From NCBI GenBank assembly GCA_049975305.1, contig JBNGDT010000002.1, forward strand, positions 1 through 63,009: a stretch of 63,009 nt of DNA, in the 5' to 3' direction. Each line of letters starts with the position of its first letter. Position 1 is the stretch's first letter. The notes beneath the pieces were generated by a model. That model saw only the letters and a program-made list of their open reading frames with translations. It ran no database searches and was not told the DNA's origin. Below, one piece after another: positions 36,713 to 44,426 of this stretch. The translations under genes were made by a program, and so were the position numbers. Source of the DNA: Bacteroidales bacterium (lineage in GTDB: Bacteria > Bacteroidota > Bacteroidia > Bacteroidales > ML635J-15).

Positions 36713-37876
36713 ATGAAATGGATATTGATAATTTTCTGTAGCTGTATGATAATTAACGCATCGGCTCAGGTTACATTTGAATCTGAAAATTACCCACAAC
36801 CTGGTGATAATTTCCCTCTCATAAATTATTTTAACAACCCGGGTGATGATCCTGCTTCTTTAAGTGATTTTAAGGATGGAAACAATTACGAAATTATTGC
36901 TAAAGACTCCTTATTTGCGGACTACGTCTTGGACACTGTTTTTTACAACGATCCCCAGGTTTACGATACGGCAGGCAATTTCCCTAATGCCACACACTTG
37001 ATGATACATGGCAATGCAGAAACATACATCGTGAAAACAGACCAAAAGGCATCTGTCATAGGATTTGCCGGAGACATTTTCCAAATGGGAATGAGCCTCC
37101 CGATGCCGGTAGATTCACCATTACAAATGATGGAATTTCCCACAGACATAGAGACAGCCTTTAGTGACCACGCTGAAAGTTCAAATAAAATGCCGGTGGA
37201 AGACCTTGAACATGTGCTCCCTCCTGATTATTATGCAGATTTTGCAGCTATGTTTGATTCGGTTGAAGTAACCTTATCAGTGGATATCAATACAGAAGTC
37301 CGTGGAGAATGCCAGGTAACGGTTGAAAACATGCCTTACGTCATAGGTGGATCCTATGATTGTTTGCAGGAAAACATGCGCCAGGTTCAGGTCATCAATA
37401 TATATGCAAGATTAATAATGACAGGGACATGGGTGGCTCTTGGGGATGTCATGGGAAATCAGCTCCCCATAGAATTGCCCGTCATTTATACAACCCATAA
37501 TATTAATTTATGGACCCCTTCGTTTTCTTATCCTTTTGTGCAATTTGAAACTAATGCCACACATGATACCGTACATAATGTGAATTTCCATTATTCCGAA
37601 GATGCAAGCATTCATCATTCAACACTAACATCACTGTATGTGTATCCCAACCCCGCATCTGATAAGGTGATGATTAATACAGGAGATTTTACCAATGAGA
37701 TCGAATTTTTGTGCATTGCAGATGAAAGTGGAAAAACAGTGAAAAAATTCGCTGTAAATTCAAAGATTTGTACTTTTGCAACGAGTGATTTGCCAAGTGG
37801 TTGGTATGTTATTAATGCTCTCAATAAAAAGGGAATGATCATAGCAAATCAAAAGTTGCTCATTATCAATAAGTAA
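36713..37876 (+). CDS. T9SS C-terminal-sorting-domain protein of unknown function
   Basis: Signal peptide and a C-terminal LYVYPNPASDKVMI...GWYVINALNKKGMIIANQKLLIINK typical of Por/T9SS CTDs. Confidence 0.7.
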   Translation: MKWILIIFCSCMIINASAQVTFESENYPQPGDNFPLINYFNNPGDDPASLSDFKDGNNYEIIAKDSLFADYVLDTVFYNDPQVYDTAGNFPNATHLMIHGNAETYIVKTDQKASVIGFAGDIFQMGMSLPMPVDSPLQMMEFPTDIETAFSDHAESSNKMPVEDLEHVLPPDYYADFAAMFDSVEVTLSVDINTEVRGECQVTVENMPYVIGGSYDCLQENMRQVQVINIYARLIMTGTWVALGDVMGNQLPIELPVIYTTHNINLWTPSFSYPFVQFETNATHDTVHNVNFHYSEDASIHHSTLTSLYVYPNPASDKVMINTGDFTNEIEFLCIADESGKTVKKFAVNSKICTFATSDLPSGWYVINALNKKGMIIANQKLLIINK

Positions 37877-37885
37877 TACTTTCTT

Positions 37886-37959
37886 GGGGTATTAGCTCAG
37901 TTGGCTAGAGCGCGTGACTGGCAGTCACGAGGTCAGCGGTTCAAGCCCGCTATACTCCA
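37886..37959 (+). tRNA. tRNA-Ala (anticodon GGC)
   Basis: The manual cloverleaf has acceptor GGGGTAT/ATACTCC with the G3-U70 alanine identity pair. D arm is GCTC/GAGC, anticodon stem is CGTGA/TCACG with loop CTGGCAG, and T arm is AGCGG-TTCAAGC-CCGCT. The discriminator is A, CCA is not encoded, and the gene is followed by TTTTTT. Confidence 0.92.
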
Positions 37960-38161
37960 CTTTTTTGAAGTGATGTTTTAGACAGTCAACTGACAATAAT
38001 TTGTTGATGCTTGTTTAAAACTTTTTTGCTTTTTGTTATTTGACGCTATATAACAGGGGGGTAATTTTTCTTCACGTATTTTACTATTTAAAGTTAAAGC
38101 TAAAAGTATTGTTAATACAATGAGCATTTCATGAATGCTTATTGGTTTAAATTAAAAATAA

Positions 38162-38169
38162 TAAATTTG
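38162..38169 (+). promoter_or_regulatory. Candidate -7 promoter box (TAnnTTTG)
   Basis: TAAATTTG lies 23 nt upstream of ATG 38192. Confidence 0.35.
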
Positions 38170-38191
38170 TATAAAATTTAAATGAGTAAAT

Positions 38192-39373
38192 ATGAACACA
38201 AAAAACAAAGGATTTAGTACAAAACTTATTCATTCGGGTGATTTTGAGGATCAATTTGGATCAGCAGTTGTCCCGATTTATCAAACATCAACATTTGCCT
38301 TTAAAGATGCCGACCAGGGAGCGCGTTTATTTACAGGTGAAGAAAAAGGGCATATTTATACACGCCTTTCAAACCCTACAATTGAAGCCCTTGAGAATAA
38401 ACTTGCCGATCTGGAAAATGGTATTGGAGGAATTGCCCTGGCAAGTGGGATGGCTGCCGTTTCAACAGTTTATGCAGCCTTTTTAAAACAGGGTGATCAC
38501 ATGATCAGTACGCATGCTGTGTATGGCCCCAGTAGATTGTTAATGGAAGATATTTATTCAAAATTTGGAGTAGAATCTACATACATGGACACCAGTGACC
38601 CTGTTGCTGTGGAAAATGCTATTAAGGAAAACACAAAGTTGATTTACCTGGAAACACCGGCCAATCCAACCATGGAACTGTCAGATATTAAAACCATATC
38701 AGAAATTGCACATAAGCATGATATACTGGTTGCGGTTGATAACACATTTAGCAGCCCATATTTACAAAAACCTTTGGATTTGGGAGCTGATATCGTTTTG
38801 CATTCCCTTACAAAATTTATTAACGGACACGCTGATGTTGTCGGAGGTGCCATAGTAGCACGTGACAAAGACAGGTTAAACAAAATGAAGAAAATTATGC
38901 AGTACATGGGTGGAAACATGGACCCGCATCAGTCATATTTAGTATCCCGTGGCGTTAAAACACTGGCGCTTCGTGTTCAGAAAGCTACCGATAATGCCAA
39001 AATAGTAGCTGATTTTCTTGAACAACATCCAAAAATCAAATGGGTTAATTATCCCGGGCTGAAATCACATCCACAATACGATTTGGCTGTCAAACAAATG
39101 AAAGATTTTGGCAGCATGTTGTGTTTTGAACTAAAAGGTGGTATTGAAGCCGGAAAAACGCTGATGAATAGTGTCAAACTGGCTTTACTTGCTGTTTCAC
39201 TAGGTGGCGTTGAATCCCTGATACAGCATCCTGCATCAATGACACATGCAGGAATTTCTGAAGAAAATAGGATTAAATCAGGGATAACCCCAGGCCTGGT
39301 GAGGTTTTCTGTAGGTATTGAAGATGCTGACGATATCATTGATGATTTAAATCAAGCCCTGGAAAATGTTTAA
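38192..39373 (+). CDS. Cys/Met-metabolism PLP-dependent enzyme, most likely methionine gamma-lyase
   Basis: PLP-lysine context HSLTKFINGHADVVGG. The N-terminal VPIYQTSTFAF and LFTGEEKGHIYTRLSNPT resemble methionine gamma-lyases more than MetB/MetC. The family call is secure; the exact activity is not. Confidence 0.7.
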   Translation: MNTKNKGFSTKLIHSGDFEDQFGSAVVPIYQTSTFAFKDADQGARLFTGEEKGHIYTRLSNPTIEALENKLADLENGIGGIALASGMAAVSTVYAAFLKQGDHMISTHAVYGPSRLLMEDIYSKFGVESTYMDTSDPVAVENAIKENTKLIYLETPANPTMELSDIKTISEIAHKHDILVAVDNTFSSPYLQKPLDLGADIVLHSLTKFINGHADVVGGAIVARDKDRLNKMKKIMQYMGGNMDPHQSYLVSRGVKTLALRVQKATDNAKIVADFLEQHPKIKWVNYPGLKSHPQYDLAVKQMKDFGSMLCFELKGGIEAGKTLMNSVKLALLAVSLGGVESLIQHPASMTHAGISEENRIKSGITPGLVRFSVGIEDADDIIDDLNQALENV

Positions 39374-39413
39374 TAAATAACATTGTTATGTCTTAAATAC
39401 ATATAAAATTAGG

Positions 39414-39421
39414 TATCTTTG
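39414..39421 (+). promoter_or_regulatory. Candidate -7 promoter box (TAnnTTTG)
   Basis: TATCTTTG lies 25 nt upstream of ATG 39446. Confidence 0.3.
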
Positions 39422-39445
39422 CGTTAAATATGATAAAGACGATCT

Positions 39446-40300
39446 ATGGCATTGTTAAAAAAAATCAGACTATGGCTCGGTAGAAGATTTAGATTAATTC
39501 TGTTAACTCATGGGAGTTTTGAACAAAAAAAATGGCTTAATTTTAACCGTTTTGGTTTCATCAGTCTGATGATTGGGTTGATCCTTTTAATCATTGCCAT
39601 TACGGTAGCTGTTATTGTTTTTACTCCTGTGAAAGAAATGATTCCAGGATATCCCGATAAAGAAACCAGAATAGCCAGTGGATCAAATGCCAGTCGCTTA
39701 GATAGTTTGGCAAGGGAAATAGAACTCAGGGATCAGTACCTTACCAATCTAAAACAAGTGTTGCTTGGGGAAAAACTTTTTAATCCGGCACTGGAAATCA
39801 GTGAGAACTTAAATAATCCCAGTAGTTACAGTCCGAAAAGCAATACTGATGATGATAAGCAAATGCTGACACTGAATAATAATTTTAATTTAAAAATACC
39901 AGGGTTTGTCTCAGAACAACCTAAAACAGATATGATTTTTTTCCCTCCTGTAAAAGGCATGGTTACCAACAGTTTTGACCCTGTCAGAGACCATTACGGG
40001 ACGGATATTGTAACCCCTGATGATGAGGTTGTACGTGCAACACTTGCCGGCACAGTTATATCCGCAAACTGGACAATGGAAACCGGATATACCATCCAGA
40101 TACAGCACAGGAACAATTACATCAGTACTTACAGGCACTTGAAAAAATTGCTTGTAAAAACCGGACAACAGGTAGATGCTGGTGAAAGTATAGGAGTGTA
40201 TGGAAACACCGGGGAAATAAGTTATGGCCCGCATCTGCACTTTGAATTATGGCACAAAGGCGAACCTTTGAATCCGGAAAATTACATTGATTTTGAATGA
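39446..40300 (+). CDS. M23-family metallopeptidase (membrane-anchored)
   Basis: N-terminal TM helix. HYGTDIV and GNTGEISYGPHLHFELW zinc-binding motifs. Confidence 0.8.
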   Translation: MALLKKIRLWLGRRFRLILLTHGSFEQKKWLNFNRFGFISLMIGLILLIIAITVAVIVFTPVKEMIPGYPDKETRIASGSNASRLDSLAREIELRDQYLTNLKQVLLGEKLFNPALEISENLNNPSSYSPKSNTDDDKQMLTLNNNFNLKIPGFVSEQPKTDMIFFPPVKGMVTNSFDPVRDHYGTDIVTPDDEVVRATLAGTVISANWTMETGYTIQIQHRNNYISTYRHLKKLLVKTGQQVDAGESIGVYGNTGEISYGPHLHFELWHKGEPLNPENYIDFE

Positions 40301-40308
40301 ATAATTCC

Positions 40309-41469
40309 ATGAAACATATCGCTGTACTGGGATCAACAGGATCAATAGGAACCCAGGCCCTTGATGTGATACGAAATCACAAGGATAAATTCTGTGTTGA
40401 AGTATTGGTTGCCGGCTCTAATGCTGAATTGCTTATTTCCCAGGCCAAAGAATTTAAGCCCAATATTGCGATTATCGTTAACGATGAGAAATATGATGTT
40501 GTTTCTCAAGGACTTGCTGGTACGGATATAAAAGTGTTTACCGGAGAAGAATCTGTATATGATGTTGTGCAGTTTCCTGAAGTTGATATGGTACTGGCTG
40601 CAATGGTCGGTTTTCGCGGGTTTATTCCGATTATTAAGGCCATAGAAGCAGGAAAAACCATAGCACTGGCTAACAAAGAAACCATGGTAGTAGCCGGAGA
40701 ACTGATCACAAAAAAAATAAAAAAACACAGGGTTCCAGTCATTCCCGTTGACTCCGAACATTCGGCAATATTTCAATGCCTCAATGGGGAACCGGTCAAT
40801 AGCATAAAAAAACTTATCTTAACTGCCTCAGGAGGGCCATTCCGGTGTAAAAACATGGAATCTTTAAAAAATGTAACCCCTAAAGATGCCCTGAAACATC
40901 CCACATGGAATATGGGGGAAAAAGTTAGCATTGACTCAGCCAACATGATGAACAAAGGTCTTGAAGTAATTGAAGCTCACTGGTTGTTTTTATTGCCCCC
41001 TGAAAAAATTGAAGTCGTTGTCCATCCGTCGTCCATTGTGCATAGTATAGTGGAATTTGTTGATGGATCGATGAAAGCTCAACTCGGAAACAACGACATG
41101 CGCATTCCGATACAGTATGCTTTTTCCTGGCCGGATAGAATTCCAACCCATGTCAACCCCATTGATCTGACAGAAATTGGTAGCTTGCATTTTGAAAAAC
41201 CGGATACCCTGAATTTCCCCAATTTAAAACTTGCATACGATGCGCTAAAAATGGGGGGCGATGCACCTTGTATCCTTAATGCCGCTAATGAAATCGCCGT
41301 GGATGCTTTTTTAAAACGACAAATTGATTTCAATCAGATTGCTGCAATCAACAAAGAATGCCTGAGTGCAATACCGGTACAGTATCCTGTTGATATTAAT
41401 GATTTTGTTAACTCTGACAAAAGGGCCAGAATTCACGCTGAACATATTTTAAAGAAAATAAAGTTATGA
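40309..41469 (+). CDS. dxr: 1-deoxy-D-xylulose-5-phosphate reductoisomerase
   Basis: MKHIAVLGSTGSIGTQALDV, DSEHSAIFQC and NKGLEVIEAHWLF. An alternative start at ATG 40297 overlaps the M23 stop (ATGA). Confidence 0.95.
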   Translation: MKHIAVLGSTGSIGTQALDVIRNHKDKFCVEVLVAGSNAELLISQAKEFKPNIAIIVNDEKYDVVSQGLAGTDIKVFTGEESVYDVVQFPEVDMVLAAMVGFRGFIPIIKAIEAGKTIALANKETMVVAGELITKKIKKHRVPVIPVDSEHSAIFQCLNGEPVNSIKKLILTASGGPFRCKNMESLKNVTPKDALKHPTWNMGEKVSIDSANMMNKGLEVIEAHWLFLLPPEKIEVVVHPSSIVHSIVEFVDGSMKAQLGNNDMRIPIQYAFSWPDRIPTHVNPIDLTEIGSLHFEKPDTLNFPNLKLAYDALKMGGDAPCILNAANEIAVDAFLKRQIDFNQIAAINKECLSAIPVQYPVDINDFVNSDKRARIHAEHILKKIKL

Positions 41470-42770
41470 GTGGATTAGTGATGACAGCCCAGCTTTTGTT
41501 GGCTTTATCAATGTTAGTGTTTATACACGAACTGGGACATTTCCTGGCAGCACGCTTGTTTAAAATTAAAGTGGATAAATTTTTCATATTCTTCGACTGG
41601 CCTGGGAAAATATACAGTAAAAAAGTGGGTGATACAGAATATGGTGTTGGCATGCTCCCTCTGGGTGGTTATGTTAAAATTGCCGGCATGATCGATGAAT
41701 CCATGGATAAAGAGCAAATGAAAAAACCACCTCAACCCTGGGAGTTTCGTTCCAAACCTGCGTGGCAACGGCTCATTGTAATGGTTTCAGGCGTGATTAT
41801 GAATGTCATTGCCGGGATATTGATTTTTACATTTTTCCACATGGTTTTTAGTAAAACCTATATTGACCTAGATGATCTGGATGAGGGTATTTATGCCTAT
41901 GAATATGCTGAAAAAATTGGCTTTCAAAACGGAGACAAAATCATTGCTATTGACGGGAAAGAAGTGAACAGGTTAAGCGATGTTATATCCACACGGTTAT
42001 ACCTTGGAAATGAAGTAAAAATCAATCGCAATGGAAAACTCATGACCATTGCCCTTCCGGATACTTTGTACCGGTATGTTATAAATTCAGAAACCCCTTT
42101 CCTGAGCTATGAAAATTTTCCTTTTAAGATAAAATCTGTTCTTGAAGGTAAACCTGCCGAAATCGCCGGTCTGAAATCCACCGATAAAATCCAGTCGGTC
42201 AATAATCATGATATTCAGGTGTTGGGCGAGTTCCGTGAAATATTGCTTAACAATAAGCGTGATACGGTAAATCTGACAGTAAACCGGCTTGGCGACCGTA
42301 TAGAACTGCAAGTGCCAGTTGATAGCACGGGTATGATTGGCATTGAACTGGACATTGATGATTTTCCAACCACCGAATATACCTTTTTTACCGCCATGAA
42401 ATATGGTTGGAAAGATGCCTTTGAATCGGTGAAAGCCAATGTCAAAGGGATGGGAAAAGTGTTTTCAGGAGAAGAAAAAGCCCGTGACAGCTTGCAGGGC
42501 CCCATTGGTATTGCCAAATCATTTGGCGGAACCTGGGATTGGCGCAGGTTTTGGATGTTAACAGGTATCATTTCCATGGTGCTGGCTTTTGTCAATATCC
42601 TGCCTATACCAGCCCTGGATGGAGGACACGTGTTATTTACACTCATTGAAATGATCATTGGGCGTAAATTACCGGATAGGTTCATGGAAATTGTGCAAAC
42701 GATTGGCCTGATAATTGTACTTGGCCTTATGATTTTGATAATCGGAAACGATATTATTAATTTGTTTTGA
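41466..42770 (+). CDS. rseP: RIP (site-2) zinc metalloprotease RseP
   Basis: HELGHF zinc motif, PDZ region and C-terminal NILPIPALDGGH. 4-nt overlap with dxr. Confidence 0.9.
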   Translation: MSGLVMTAQLLLALSMLVFIHELGHFLAARLFKIKVDKFFIFFDWPGKIYSKKVGDTEYGVGMLPLGGYVKIAGMIDESMDKEQMKKPPQPWEFRSKPAWQRLIVMVSGVIMNVIAGILIFTFFHMVFSKTYIDLDDLDEGIYAYEYAEKIGFQNGDKIIAIDGKEVNRLSDVISTRLYLGNEVKINRNGKLMTIALPDTLYRYVINSETPFLSYENFPFKIKSVLEGKPAEIAGLKSTDKIQSVNNHDIQVLGEFREILLNNKRDTVNLTVNRLGDRIELQVPVDSTGMIGIELDIDDFPTTEYTFFTAMKYGWKDAFESVKANVKGMGKVFSGEEKARDSLQGPIGIAKSFGGTWDWRRFWMLTGIISMVLAFVNILPIPALDGGHVLFTLIEMIIGRKLPDRFMEIVQTIGLIIVLGLMILIIGNDIINLF

Positions 42771-43591
42771 TGAACTACATTCGTAATATATTGATATTTT
42801 TCACACTAAGCTTTTTTATCAGTCATGTGCATGCTCAGGATGATTCGCATTTTTTCCCTGATAATTACGATCAGCGTGTGTTGATTTTACCTTTTGACCC
42901 TTCCATATATCTCAATGATGCCAGTGAAATTTGGAGCAACAACAGCGGCATGTCTTATGATGAGCTCCGTGATTACCTGAGAAATAACATCAACAGGCGA
43001 TTGCAGTTGGCCATGATAGATTCATGTGAAGCCATTGATTTAAATCAATCTTATACCACCGAAGCACGCAATGATCTGCTCGGCCTTTATACTACAGTTT
43101 CTTATGAAATGCGTCCTGCAATGCCGGACAAACAAAAAGTGGAGGAAGATGAAGAACGGTTCCTGGGGAAATTGCGTACACAGTGGAAAGAAAAACAGTA
43201 CAAAGATACCGTTGTAAAAACCAGGATAGAAGATGGAGAAATCAAAGGCAGGCGTTATGATTTAGATGATAAATACCTTCACATTAAATTTAGTAACCCT
43301 GATTTTATACCGGATTTGGCAAAACGCCGGGATTTGGACAAAATTTTATTTGTCAATCAGCTTGAAATCAAAGGCATGTATGGAGACCCGTATTTTTCCG
43401 GAGATGGGGATGCTGCCAGGTTGATAAAATTGCACTACAGCCTGTATGGTGCAGATGGACAATTGTTGCATGGAAGTTTTGCCTCAGTTAAAATCCCGTA
43501 TCATCTTAACAATCCCAAATCGGTAGTGAAAGATTATTTTCCCACCCTCGTTAGGCAGGTAATTTCTAACATTGATTTCCGGTCACAATGA
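42767..43591 (+). CDS. Secreted protein of unknown function
   Basis: Signal peptide ...FFISHVHAQ. 274 aa. Linked by 4-nt overlaps (ATGA) to both rseP and rdgB. I recognise no motif. Confidence 0.6.
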   Translation: MMNYIRNILIFFTLSFFISHVHAQDDSHFFPDNYDQRVLILPFDPSIYLNDASEIWSNNSGMSYDELRDYLRNNINRRLQLAMIDSCEAIDLNQSYTTEARNDLLGLYTTVSYEMRPAMPDKQKVEEDEERFLGKLRTQWKEKQYKDTVVKTRIEDGEIKGRRYDLDDKYLHIKFSNPDFIPDLAKRRDLDKILFVNQLEIKGMYGDPYFSGDGDAARLIKLHYSLYGADGQLLHGSFASVKIPYHLNNPKSVVKDYFPTLVRQVISNIDFRSQ

Positions 43592-44205
43592 ATTTGATTT
43601 TTGCCTCAAACAACCCCCATAAATTAAAAGAAGTTAAAAGTATTGTAGGTGACGATTATACCATCTCAGGATTGCAGGATGTGGGTATCGAAGAAGATAT
43701 CAAAGAAACTGCCGACAGCCTCGAAGGCAACGCACAAATAAAAGCTGATTTTGTTTTTCAGAAGGTAAATCAACCCTGTTTTGCTGATGATACAGGCCTG
43801 GAAGTGTTTGCATTAAACATGAGGCCAGGTATCCGTTCTGCCAGGTATGCAGGAGACAACAAAAGCAGTTGGGATAATGTGGAAAAATTGTTGTTTGAGC
43901 TGAAAAACATAAGCAACCGAAAGGCTCGTTTTCGTACAGTAATATGCCTTATGTTACAAGGCAAACACTATTTTTTCGAAGGCATTGTTGATGGGACAAT
44001 TGCAACTACGCCGGCTGGTGATAAGGGCTTTGGTTATGACCCTGTGTTTATCCCTGACGGTTATCATTGTACGTTTGCTAACATGAATGCTGCCGAAAAA
44101 AATCAGATCAGTCACAGAGCCATAGCAATACAGAAAATGGCAGGGTTTTTAAACAATATGAATAACTACTCACCGCAAAGACACAATGGCACAAAGATAC
44201 GATAG
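43588..44205 (+). CDS. rdgB: RdgB/HAM1-family non-canonical purine NTP pyrophosphatase
   Basis: LIFASNNPHKLKE, FADDTGLEV, RSARYAG, FGYDPVF and ISHRA. The last 10 codons (PQRHNGTKIR) and the stop lie inside the repeat element 44171-44287. Confidence 0.88.
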   Translation: MNLIFASNNPHKLKEVKSIVGDDYTISGLQDVGIEEDIKETADSLEGNAQIKADFVFQKVNQPCFADDTGLEVFALNMRPGIRSARYAGDNKSSWDNVEKLLFELKNISNRKARFRTVICLMLQGKHYFFEGIVDGTIATTPAGDKGFGYDPVFIPDGYHCTFANMNAAEKNQISHRAIAIQKMAGFLNNMNNYSPQRHNGTKIR

Positions 44206-44287
44206 CACGATGGCATATTTTCATGCCGTCGTTACATTGTCCTATCTTGCCTTCTCGCTATCGTCATTTCTCAGCGTCTCTGCAGTA
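44171..44287. repeat. Palindromic element built from 8-nt words (copy 1)
   Basis: The left array is CGCAAAGA CACAATGG CACAAAGA TACGATAG CACGATGG. The central hairpin pairs 44207-44216 ACGATGGCAT with 44223-44232 ATGCCGTCGT (10 bp including one G-U in the + strand RNA, 6-nt loop). The right array has complementary-type words up to CTCAGCGT CTCTGCAG. The left module is homologous to 58629-58675. Confidence 0.75.
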
Positions 44288-44426
44288 ACAGGCTGTAAAA
44301 TATATGTATGCGGCTGAATAGTTACCCAAATGAAATTCTGACTTTATTAATACTAAAATAGGAAAAAAACTGTTTTATTTGTTGTACTATTTAATGAAGT
44401 GCTGGAAATGAAATTCCCGGCTAAGA

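Noticed and set aside
37960-38191. SAM riboswitch upstream of the methionine gamma-lyase-like gene
   Set aside because: The region is AT-rich with no recognisable SAM-I/SAM-II core helices by eye. A TAnnTTTG promoter box explains the spacer sufficiently. This was not tested computationally.
42215-42685. Long antisense ORFs inside well-supported genes: 42215..42685 (-), 40342..40776 (-), 59349..59792 (-), 25079..25492 (-), 24317..24718 (-), 13148..13537 (-), 51535..51972 (-)
   Set aside because: Each lies wholly within or antisense to a CDS with strong family motifs. The translations are low-complexity or Ser/Pro/Cys-rich with no recognisable motif.
44210-44226. Sigma-54 promoter-like TGGCAT-N5-CATGC
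   Set aside because: The GG to GC spacing is 11 nt instead of 10. The -12 element is not TTGC. The sequence is the apex of the palindromic repeat hairpin.
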